Of a DNA stretch of 64,000 bases, positions 55,285-64,000 are shown in pieces. The position numbers and the translations under genes are program-made. The stretch comes from an uncultured Gammaproteobacteria bacterium (GTDB lineage: Bacteria; Patescibacteriota; Patescibacteriia; UBA9934): the NCBI GenBank assembly GCA_964613815.1, contig CAZTKG010000001.1, positions 8,895 through 72,894 of the forward strand. The letters are read 5' to 3'. Positions within the stretch are counted from its first letter, which is position 1. Each line of letters opens with the position of its first letter. A model generated the notes under the pieces. That model saw nothing but the letters and a program-made list of their open reading frames with translations. It did not search any database and was not told the DNA's origin.

Positions 55285-55622
55285 GAGTGCATTATATCAC
55301 GCTGGATGCGAAGGTCTGCTTGGGAATTAGGGTCGATAAAGGTAAAAATTTCGATGATATTTGATTGTGGAAATTCACGTTTGAGACCATCGAGGAGAGG
55401 CTGCTTGAATCTATTCATTAGTGATTTTGCTTGTGTGTTGAGACAGGCGATGCGGATTTGATCGTGCAGGAACGACCGGATTTCGATGTCTTGCTTGGCA
55501 CGTTCTGGGAGCATGTTAAATAGAATCATTTCTGCTTTTTTGACGATCATTGCAGCGGTGACAGATCTGCCGATGTTGTGGCGCGCAAGTGTTTGATTGA
55601 TGAGACTGGAAAAGGTGTCCAT
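55281..55622 (-). CDS. hypothetical protein, possibly DUF721/DciA-like
   Basis: Start at MDTFSSLIN right after the helicase stop; weak family resemblance only. Confidence 0.4.
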   Translation of the reverse strand: MDTFSSLINQTLARHNIGRSVTAAMIVKKAEMILFNMLPERAKQDIEIRSFLHDQIRIACLNTQAKSLMNRFKQPLLDGLKREFPQSNIIEIFTFIDPNSQADLRIQRDIMHS

Positions 55623-55623
55623 A

Positions 55624-58509
55624 TTACGTTTGAGCGAATTCGCAGATGTCTTTGAAGTCACAGTAGTTGCATCCGAAGCCTGGTGTTGGCTTGAAGTCAC
55701 TTGATTTGATGGCTTCTACGGATGATTTGATTTCTTCAATGAGACGTTCTTTGAGTTTGTCTTTTGGTTCAAAGGAAACGGTGCTGTTGTTTTCGAGATA
55801 GTGATATTCGAGTTCTGTGACGTGAAGTGGAGGGTCAAAGCATTTTTCGGCTGCGATAGCGTAGAGAATCAACTGTTTTTTGTCGTCCCAATTCAGTTTA
55901 CCATCTTTTTTTGGATTACCGGTTTTGTAGTCGACGATTTTGTAGGCGTTGTTAATTTTGTCTATTCTGTCGATGCGTCCCTTGATGGTGATGTCGCCGA
56001 TCTTGATCGTGAAAGGTTTTTCGATGAAGGCGACGGTTGGCGGGGTTGCTGTGATCTGGGTGTGGTATTCAATGAGCGATTCCCTTCCTTTTTTGCGATA
56101 CTCATCTCGAATAGCGTCTGAGGGGTACCACTCATTAATCCAGTTTTGATCATACAGAGCGAGGAGATTTTTGAGAGATGGGATGTCTGACTGGGGAGCG
56201 CTTTCGAATAGCGATGTTTGTGTATCCCCTGCCCCGGATTCGAAAAAGTGTTGCAAGGTGTTGTGCATGGTTTTTCCGAAACTCATTTGGTGTTTGCCGA
56301 AGATGGGAATGCGGAGGATATGAGCGAATTTGTATTGGAGTGGGCATTTGGCGAAGGCGGCGAGTTGGGTGAAGCTGACGCGTTTGAGTTCATGCCCTTT
56401 TTGGCTAGACGGGAGTGGAGTTTCGATGGTCGTTTGGGTGGTGATGTCTTTTTGAGATTCGCCTTCGTCTGCTTGGATGTTGAGTTCTTGTAAGAATCTT
56501 GATGGTTTTCGTGTGCGTTTGCCGCCGTAGTCTTTTGCAGCGAGGAGATAGAGGCCTTCTTTGGCGCGAGTGATGGCGACGTAAAAAAGGCGTCGTTCTT
56601 CTTCGACGTGGTCGTGGTCTATGTTTGATGTGATGAGTTCTTGCGGGAGCGGGATCGCGTCTGGACGCGCACGAGATGGGAAACGTTGTTCGATGAGGTT
56701 GATGATGAATACGTAAGGAAATTCGAGGCCTTTTGATCCATGGATGGTCATGATGTTGATGGCGTCGTTATGATCGGTTTCTGATGTTGAGAGGGCGCCT
56801 GTCTCCCCTGCTTGGCGTTCATGTTCGAATTCTTCGAGGAAATGTGTGAGGGTTTTGTCCCCGGTGTTTGATTCGAAGGATTTTAGGCGGGTGAGAAATT
56901 GTTGCAAATAATCGTACTGTTCGGCCTGTTGGATTTCCGGGAGGGTGCCTACGTGTCCGAGGATACCGGTTTGTTTGAGGACTTCTAGATACAGTTCGGT
57001 GATTGGGGCTCGGCGGGATTTTGTATGGAGCTGGTCGATTGTTGTTGTGATGGATTGGAGGCGTTTTGCGGTACCCGTGTCTTCTGGTGTTTTAGCGGTC
57101 ATTGCTTTGTAGAGTGAGGAGCCGTCTTGTTTGGCGGTGAGCGCGATGTTTGCGATGTCTTTGTGCGCAAGGCCGAGTTCTGGGTGCGCAAGGATGCGGT
57201 AGATGGAGATGCTGTCATGGTGGAAGGCGATGGCGCGGAAGTAGGCGAGAATATCGAGGATGATTGGCTGGGTGTAGAGGCCGGCTCTTGCTTGGAATGT
57301 GTATGGAGCACCGATTTGGTCTAGTTTGTTGACGAGTTCTGTGGCGTGGGCATTTGCTCGAACGAGGATAGCGAAGTCTCCCCAGTTTGTTTCTGAAGCT
57401 TCTTTTTTGGTGAGGATTTCTTGAATGGTGAAATCGATTTCGTCTTCGAGGGTTGGGAATATTAGATGTCGAACAAAGCCCTCCCCTTCTTTGTGGGGTT
57501 TGAGTTCTTTGTTGAGGCCTTCGCGGGCTTCGAGACGGTTTGGATTGTTGTTTTGGATGAGGCTATAGGCGGCGTTTAGGATGCTGGCTTTTGATCTGTA
57601 GTTTGTGGTGAGGACAACGGTGGTGGTTTGGGGGAAGTCGGATTTAAAAGAGAGGATATTTGAGAGGGATGCGCCGCGGAATTTGTAAATGGATTGGTCG
57701 TCATCTCCGACGATGGTGATGTTTTGTTCTTTGTTTATCAAGAGCTTTACGAGTTCGTATTGTGAGCTGTTGGTGTCTTGGAATTCGTCGACGAGGATGT
57801 GTTTGAATTGGGTTTGATAGTGCTCGCGGATGTTTGGGCGTGTTTTGAGGAGTTCGAGGGTGTAAGCGATCAGGTCGGCGAAATCAAGCGCGTTGTTTTC
57901 GAGCATGATTTGTTGATAGGTGTGGTAGGCGCTTGCGAGTTCTTGATATTTGGCCGGTTCCGAGAGTGCCTTGTCTGCTTCGGCAATGTCGTCATTTAGC
58001 CGGAGAGACTCGGCAAAGGTGTGGTAGTCGTTTGGGGTGACGCCTTCGTCTTTTGCTCTTGAGATGTGATTGATGATGGCTTTGATGAATCGGGTTGGAT
58101 TGGATTTTGGTTTGTAGTAGTCCAGGGTGAATTTATCGAGATTGCGGTTGATGGTGAGGAGGGTTTGGACTTCGTCGAGGAGCGTAAAGTCGTTTGCGAG
58201 GCCGATTTCTACGGCGTGGGCACGGAGGACGCGTTCGCAAAAGGCATGAAATGTGGAGATCCATGTTTCTAGGTAGCCGATTGGGAGGAGTTCGTCGATA
58301 CGTTCTTCCATTTCTGTGGCGGCTTTTTCGGTGAATGTGAGTGCAAGGATTTCTTCTGGTTTTGCGCCTTGTTCGATGAGCCAGGCGACGCGTTTGGTGA
58401 TGACGGTGGTCTTCCCTGTTCCAGCACCGGCGATAATCATGAGTGGACCGGTTTTGTGTGTGACGGCGGTGTGTTGTTCTGGGTTTAGGGCGGAGAGGTC
58501 GATTGGCAT
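55624..58509 (-). CDS. UvrD/PcrA-family SF1 helicase fused to a C-terminal PD-(D/E)xK (Cas4/AddB-like) nuclease domain with a Cys cluster
   Basis: Walker A AGAGTGKT, helicase motifs across about 650 aa. C-terminal DYKTG (nuclease motif III) with Cys in FAKCPLQYKF and GCNYCDFKDIC (4-Cys Fe-S-like). Confidence 0.85.
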   Translation of the reverse strand: MPIDLSALNPEQHTAVTHKTGPLMIIAGAGTGKTTVITKRVAWLIEQGAKPEEILALTFTEKAATEMEERIDELLPIGYLETWISTFHAFCERVLRAHAVEIGLANDFTLLDEVQTLLTINRNLDKFTLDYYKPKSNPTRFIKAIINHISRAKDEGVTPNDYHTFAESLRLNDDIAEADKALSEPAKYQELASAYHTYQQIMLENNALDFADLIAYTLELLKTRPNIREHYQTQFKHILVDEFQDTNSSQYELVKLLINKEQNITIVGDDDQSIYKFRGASLSNILSFKSDFPQTTTVVLTTNYRSKASILNAAYSLIQNNNPNRLEAREGLNKELKPHKEGEGFVRHLIFPTLEDEIDFTIQEILTKKEASETNWGDFAILVRANAHATELVNKLDQIGAPYTFQARAGLYTQPIILDILAYFRAIAFHHDSISIYRILAHPELGLAHKDIANIALTAKQDGSSLYKAMTAKTPEDTGTAKRLQSITTTIDQLHTKSRRAPITELYLEVLKQTGILGHVGTLPEIQQAEQYDYLQQFLTRLKSFESNTGDKTLTHFLEEFEHERQAGETGALSTSETDHNDAINIMTIHGSKGLEFPYVFIINLIEQRFPSRARPDAIPLPQELITSNIDHDHVEEERRLFYVAITRAKEGLYLLAAKDYGGKRTRKPSRFLQELNIQADEGESQKDITTQTTIETPLPSSQKGHELKRVSFTQLAAFAKCPLQYKFAHILRIPIFGKHQMSFGKTMHNTLQHFFESGAGDTQTSLFESAPQSDIPSLKNLLALYDQNWINEWYPSDAIRDEYRKKGRESLIEYHTQITATPPTVAFIEKPFTIKIGDITIKGRIDRIDKINNAYKIVDYKTGNPKKDGKLNWDDKKQLILYAIAAEKCFDPPLHVTELEYHYLENNSTVSFEPKDKLKERLIEEIKSSVEAIKSSDFKPTPGFGCNYCDFKDICEFAQT

Positions 58510-58512
58510 AGG

Positions 58513-59091
58513 TTAATGTTGTTTGCCCCAGGCGACGATGAGGGCATGGTATTCGTTGAAGAGGGCTGCGTCGTTATCAAGATTTGAAGTGAAGAGATGC
58601 TTGTATTCGTCGTAGGTTGACAATGTTAGCCTTTTTGATGCGCAGAGGCGTTTGGTGTAGGTGTCGATGACGAATTCTGGGCGATTTCCGGCGTAGAGAA
58701 GAATAGAATCGGCCGTTTCTGGGCCGATCCCCCATTGTGCAAGGACATGGTTTCTTGATGCGGATTCTGCGAAGTGTTTGGCCGATTGCCAGTTGTTCGT
58801 GATTTCTGCGGCGATGAGACGGAGTTTTTTGGCTTTTTGGTTGTAGTATCCGCTTGGCTTGATGGCGGCTTTGAGATCGTCTTCTGGGAGGGTTAGGAGT
58901 GCTTGTGGTGATAACGCCTTGCGTGTTTTTAGGTTTGCGATGGCTTTTTCGACATTTTTCCAAGTGGTGTTTTGGGTGAGGATGGTGCCGATGATGATTT
59001 CGAAGGCGGGATCCTGTTTTGATGTGGTTGGCCACCAGTGCTGCGGGCCGAATTCATCAAGTAGCTCTTGGTAGGTCTGGTTGATGTCCAT
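58513..59091 (-). CDS. HhH-GPD superfamily base-excision DNA glycosylase (EndoIII/MagIII-like)
   Basis: WWPTTSKQDPAFEIIIGTILTQNTTWKNVEKAIANL is the HhH-GPD N-terminal helix pattern. The ORF extension to 59121 is translation of repeat copy B. Confidence 0.65.
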   Translation of the reverse strand: MDINQTYQELLDEFGPQHWWPTTSKQDPAFEIIIGTILTQNTTWKNVEKAIANLKTRKALSPQALLTLPEDDLKAAIKPSGYYNQKAKKLRLIAAEITNNWQSAKHFAESASRNHVLAQWGIGPETADSILLYAGNRPEFVIDTYTKRLCASKRLTLSTYDEYKHLFTSNLDNDAALFNEYHALIVAWGKQH

Positions 59092-59108
59092 GTTGTGGGG
59101 GCGTTTAA

Positions 59109-59255
59109 GTCGTTGAATCACTCCCGGCGGGGCCGGGTTGTTCGTTTAAGGCGTTGATTTCGGAATGAACGAGCGGAGTCACGTCGTTCGCGAACGACGT
59201 GGCGGAGCGATTAAACGAGTTAGGGCGTTAGCCCACGATTCAACGACTTAAACGT
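59109..59255. repeat. about 120 bp palindromic intergenic repeat, copy B (with a 24 nt hairpin insertion)
   Basis: Aligns end-to-end with copies A and C. Confidence 0.8.
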
Positions 59256-59257
59256 TT

Positions 59258-59665
59258 TCAGCTCGCGGGCTGCATGGAGACGTTTCCTTCTTCGTCGATG
59301 TCGGCGATGAGGGTGATGATGTTGAGGTTTGGGTAGCGGACAGCGAGGGTTTGTTTGGCAGACATTAGCTCGCTTTGATGGTGTTTGTATTCTTCTTCTT
59401 TTGATGGAAATGCCGCTCTTCCGCCGTAGCCTCCGCAGTCTGTGTGGTTGATGAGAATGAGGTCTTGGATGTCGTGTAATTGTTTTGAGAGGGCGATTTG
59501 GTTTTCGACGGAGCTGTCTGCTGGGTCGTTGACGCCTTTTGTGGCACCAGCAATGGAGATGATATCGGCGTCGCCACAGATGTCGTGGGATGTGAGGTAG
59601 TCGTGGATCGCGTGTTCGAGTCGGAAGTCCATGCATCGGACGAGAGCTGCTTTGCATGAGGCCAT
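59258..59665 (-). CDS. short beta-carbonic-anhydrase-like protein
   Basis: CMDFR ... HTDCGG zinc-ligand pattern (CxDxR...HxxCG). Confidence 0.5.
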   Translation of the reverse strand: MASCKAALVRCMDFRLEHAIHDYLTSHDICGDADIISIAGATKGVNDPADSSVENQIALSKQLHDIQDLILINHTDCGGYGGRAAFPSKEEEYKHHQSELMSAKQTLAVRYPNLNIITLIADIDEEGNVSMQPAS

Positions 59666-59744
59666 ATGATTTTGTGAGTGTTTATTGGAGGTAGTTTAGC
59701 ATCTTTAATAGAAAAACACCCACGTTTTGACGTGGATGGTGTGA

Positions 59745-59996
59745 CTAGTTGATGGTGAAGATCTCGTTGATCTTCGGGATCAGGACTCGTCTGTCTGTGA
59801 TCCCGCTGTCGCGGAGCTCGGTGAGGCCCGCGATCGTGTCGACAGCATCGGTGCGAGCACGTCGGATGGCGTCGTTGAAGATAGCTGGATAGTTCGACGG
59901 CGAGTCAGCCCACAGGGCGGATTCGAGCATTGCGACGATGCGTCGTCTGGGAGAAAATGGTGCCGGAGTTGTTCTGGTTTTTGCGAGCGCGGCCAT
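59745..59996 (-). CDS. hypothetical small protein (83 aa), GC-rich, with its own promoter/operator-like palindrome and terminator
   Basis: - strand TTGACA-17-TATCAT with the -10 inside the loop of an 11 bp inverted repeat (AAGAACGACAT...ATGTCGTTCTT). AGAGGA 5 nt before the ATG. A hairpin + T-run lies downstream at about 59712..59745. Confidence 0.45.
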   Translation of the reverse strand: MAALAKTRTTPAPFSPRRRIVAMLESALWADSPSNYPAIFNDAIRRARTDAVDTIAGLTELRDSGITDRRVLIPKINEIFTIN

Positions 59997-60083
59997 GAGA
60001 TCCTCTTGATGAAAACGAAAAGAACGACATGCGGCGGATGATAGCGCAAAATGTCGTTCTTGTCAATGCTGGGTTGTCATCAT

Positions 60084-60190
60084 TCCCATCTCGAGCATCG
60101 TTGAGAGATCTGATGGGGGCAGGGCTGCAAGATCTCTCCACAAGGTCCCCACTTTGCAGAATGCTTCGTTAGGGGTAGGCGAGATGGGAG
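60084..60190. repeat. RPE-like palindromic element, copy 6 (long form)
   Basis: TTCCCATCTCGAGC..GAGAGATCT-(18 nt)-AGATCTCTCC..AAGGTCCCCACTTTGCAGAATGCTTCGTTAGGGG..GAGATGGGAG. Confidence 0.8.
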
Positions 60191-60204
60191 AGCGGTTTTT
60201 TTGA

Positions 60205-60618
60205 TTATTGTTTTCCTACATCGCGGTATTTCCCTTTTCGCGCGATACGTAGACGGGCCATTTCTCTTTCTAGCATCATCATGGCATCTGCGTGGTCGGT
60301 TCCGGATTCTTTTGCTTTTTTGATGCGTTCTTCTGCGAGTTGTTTAGCTTTTTCGATTTCTTCGAGGATGAGCTCGTCGGATCGTTCTGCGGTGTCGGCA
60401 AGGATCATGACTTGGTTGCCGGTTTTTACCTCGAGAAGTCCGGTTGAGATGGCGAAGACTTGGTTATCGATTCGCACCTCCCCTGCCCTCAAAAGTGAGG
60501 CAAGCGGGACGTGGCCTGGGAGGATGGTGACTTCGCCGGTTTCTGTCATGACAGAAATTGAAGATGACTCGCCTTCGAAAAGCGTGCGTTCTGGGGTGAC
60601 GATTTTGATTGTTAGCAT
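60205..60618 (-). CDS. atpC: F0F1 ATP synthase subunit epsilon
   Basis: MLTIKIVTPERTLFEGE... beta-sandwich plus C-terminal helices. Confidence 0.85.
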   Translation of the reverse strand: MLTIKIVTPERTLFEGESSSISVMTETGEVTILPGHVPLASLLRAGEVRIDNQVFAISTGLLEVKTGNQVMILADTAERSDELILEEIEKAKQLAEERIKKAKESGTDHADAMMMLEREMARLRIARKGKYRDVGKQ

Positions 60619-60628
60619 AGGCGGAGTT

Positions 60629-60745
60629 TAAATCGTTGAATCACTCGCCGACGGCATCGTTCGTTTAAGGCGTTGATTCCGGAATCAACGAGCGGAGCGA
60701 TTAAACGAGTTTGGGCGATTAGTCCACGATTCAACGATTTAAACG

Positions 60746-60747
<2 letters not shown>
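60629..60747. repeat. about 120 bp palindromic intergenic repeat, copy C (fills the atpD-atpC intercistronic gap)
   Basis: AATCGTTGAATCACTCGCCGACGGCATCGTTCGTTTAAGGCGTTGATTCCGGAATCAACGAGCGGAGCGATTAAACGAGTTTGGGCGATTAGTCCACGATTCAACGATTTAAACGTT. Confidence 0.8.
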
Positions 60748-62122
<1,375 letters not shown>

Positions 62123-63013
62123 TTATTCGATTGCAGCGGCTCCTGAGGAGATTTCCGCGATTTCTTGGGTGATTCCGGCTTGGCGGATTCGGTTATAGGT
62201 AAGTTTGAGATCTCCTAGCATGTCCTTTGCGTTTTCTGTGGCGTTTTTCATGGCGACCATTCTTGCAGCGTGTTCGGATGCGGCGGATTCGAGGAGGGCC
62301 TGGAAGACCATGGTTTCTGCAATCTTTGGCAGGATGTAGTTTAGGACGTCTGGCGCGGAAGGTTCGAATACATGGTCGGAAATTTGTGTTTGCTCTGTTT
62401 CCGATGATTGATTGGTTTCCCCGAGCTCTGTATCTGGTTTTGATAGCGGGAGGAGTTCGATGACTCTGGCCTTTTGCGTGAGTCCAGAGATGTAGTCTGT
62501 GTAGGCGATGAAGACTTTTTCGTAAGCGCCTTTGCCGTATTCGTTTAAGATGAGTTTTCCGACCGGGATAATATCTTCTGCTTTTGGTTTGCTTGTGAAG
62601 CCTTCGAATTGGGCGATGATTGGGATATCTTGGCGTGTCAGTGCTGCAGTTCCGCGCTTTCCGATGGTAATGGCTTCGACAGGTTTTTCGAGTGATTTGA
62701 TTTTTGTTGTTGCTTCTTTGAGGACGTTTGTATTGAGTCCGCCTGCAAGTCCTCTGTCTGCGGTGAAGAGGACGATGAGGTGTTTGGGGGCGGTTTCGTT
62801 TGCTTGCAGGAGCGGATGCGTGACGTCGGGCGCTGATGCGGTGACAGATTTGACCATGTCCCATGCTGCTTTGGCGTATGGTCGCGCGTTAAGCACGGCG
62901 CTTGTTGCTCGGCGCATTTTGGATGCGGCAACAAGTTCCATTGCTTTGGTGATTTTCATCGTGTTGGCAATGGATTTGATGCGGCGTTTTACTACTTTTG
63001 CGTTGGCAGCCAT
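62123..63013 (-). CDS. atpG: F0F1 ATP synthase subunit gamma
   Basis: MAANAKVVKRRIKSIANTMKITKAMELVAASKMRRA ... C-terminal LTYNRIRQAGITQEI. Confidence 0.9.
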   Translation of the reverse strand: MAANAKVVKRRIKSIANTMKITKAMELVAASKMRRATSAVLNARPYAKAAWDMVKSVTASAPDVTHPLLQANETAPKHLIVLFTADRGLAGGLNTNVLKEATTKIKSLEKPVEAITIGKRGTAALTRQDIPIIAQFEGFTSKPKAEDIIPVGKLILNEYGKGAYEKVFIAYTDYISGLTQKARVIELLPLSKPDTELGETNQSSETEQTQISDHVFEPSAPDVLNYILPKIAETMVFQALLESAASEHAARMVAMKNATENAKDMLGDLKLTYNRIRQAGITQEIAEISSGAAAIE

Positions 63014-63018
63014 GGGGA

Positions 63019-64000
63019 TTATTCAGCGGTTTCTGAGGGGGCGTTGGTTTTTTTATAGTCTTCTGCAGCGGTGAGGATTCTTGCTTTCATTTCATCGTCG
63101 ACTTTTCGTTCGTCGTGGATTTTGTTGATGATTTCTGGTGTCTGTGTTTTGAGATGCTTCAAGAATGACTTTTCGAAGTCTTGGATGTTTTCTGGCTTTA
63201 CAGAGTCGAGCGCTCCTTCGTTCAAGAGGAGGATCATGACAGATTGTTCCGCGAAGTCGATTGGTGAGTACTGTGGTTGCTTCATGAGTTCCATGGCGCG
63301 TTTTCCTCGGTCGAGTTGTTTCTTTGTTGCTTCGTCGAGATCTGTTGCGAATTGCGCAAAAGCTTCGAGCTCTCGGAATTGCGCGAGGTCGACTTTGAGG
63401 GTTTTTGCAACGGACTTCATTGCTTTTGTTTGCGCAGCTGATCCGACACGTGAGACAGATAGTCCAACGTTGAGTGCTGGGCGTTGACCTTTGTAGAATA
63501 GATCAGATTCAAGATAGATTTGTCCGTCGGTAATTGAAATCACGTTTGTTGGGATGTATGCGGAAACATCGCCAGCTTGCGTTTCGATGATTGGAAGGGC
63601 GGTGATGGACCCTCCACCTGCTTCGTCGTTTAGCTTTGCTGCGCGTTCGAGAAGGCGTGAGTGGAGGTAGAAGACGTCTCCTGGGTAAGCCTCTCGTCCT
63701 GGTGGACGACGGAGCAAGAGGGAGATTTCTCGGTAGGCCCATGCGTGCTTGGAAAGATCATCATAAATGATGAGGACGTCGTCTCCTTTTGCCATGAAGT
63801 ATTCTGCGATGGCGCAGCCGGCGTATGGGGCGATGTAGCTTAGTGATGCTGGATCTGATGCACCGGCAAGGACGACGGTGGTGTATTCCATCGCGCCTGC
63901 TTTTTCTAGGCGTGAAACGATGTTTGCAATTTTTGATTCTTTTTGTCCGATGGCGACATAAACACACTTCATTCCTTCATCTTTTTGGTTGATGATGGTG
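63019..64000 (-). CDS. atpA: F0F1 ATP synthase subunit alpha, 3'-portion (gene continues beyond window end)
   Basis: ...[21 protein letters not shown]..., alpha C-terminal domain. The reading frame is open to nt 64000. Confidence 0.9.
   Translation of the reverse strand, partial: TIINQKDEGMKCVYVAIGQKESKIANIVSRLEKAGAMEYTTVVLAGASDPASLSYIAPYAGCAIAEYFMAKGDDVLIIYDDLSKHAWAYREISLLLRRPPGREAYPGDVFYLHSRLLERAAKLNDEAGGGSITALPIIETQAGDVSAYIPTNVISITDGQIYLESDLFYKGQRPALNVGLSVSRVGSAAQTKAMKSVAKTLKVDLAQFRELEAFAQFATDLDEATKKQLDRGKRAMELMKQPQYSPIDFAEQSVMILLLNEGALDSVKPENIQDFEKSFLKHLKTQTPEIINKIHDERKVDDEMKARILTAAEDYKKTNAPSETAE

Overview
The window is a gene-dense 64 kb stretch of a bacterial chromosome, dominated by housekeeping genes. 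An inference from the architecture is that the genome is small and streamlined: RpoA lacks the alpha-CTD, AlaRS lacks the C-Ala domain, and Shine-Dalgarno use is patchy. That is loosely consistent with a CPR/Patescibacteria-like organism, but I cannot confirm it.

Genes on the + strand run roughly 1-21.8 kb:
- A partial SpoU methyltransferase, a GT2, a DUF389-like membrane protein, CorA, a PduL-like phosphotransacylase, a CARDB/TSP3/PKD surface protein and MurJ.
- A GIY-YIG cassette, then AlaRS and two tandem PNP-family paralogues.
- The infA-rpmJ-rpsM-rpsK-rpsD-rpoA-rplQ-rplM-rpsI ribosomal block.
- A surface-polysaccharide cluster: a Wzx-like flippase, GT4, two GT2s and an O-antigen-ligase-like gene.

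Genes on the - strand include fmt-def-priA, a LigB/Memo-like protein, tRNA-Ala with a second GIY-YIG, clpB with a CIRCE operator, and alr-serS-lysS-greA. Further - strand genes are the mreBCD-PBP2 operon, a UvrD-family helicase fused to a Cas4-like nuclease, an HhH-GPD glycosylase and atpAGDC. On the + strand between these lie two ABC exporters, gltX and an M23 peptidase.

Features the ORF track does not explain:
1. An RPE-like palindromic element family is present in six copies. Two of them sit in-frame inside priA and the ligase-like gene.
2. Three further intergenic palindromic repeat families are present.
3. A GIY-YIG gene is bracketed by roughly 110 bp nested-palindrome direct repeats.
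4. A roughly 700 bp non-coding region with internal repeats carries its own promoter.
5. One ABC exporter is split by a frameshift at a G7 tract and is preceded by a leader with a terminator.
6. The + strand is strongly G+T-rich regardless of gene orientation. This produces many spurious antisense ORFs.
7. There are several GC-richer islands.

No rRNA and no CRISPR array were seen. I found no self-contained novel system; the in-frame repeat insertions are the strongest candidate.
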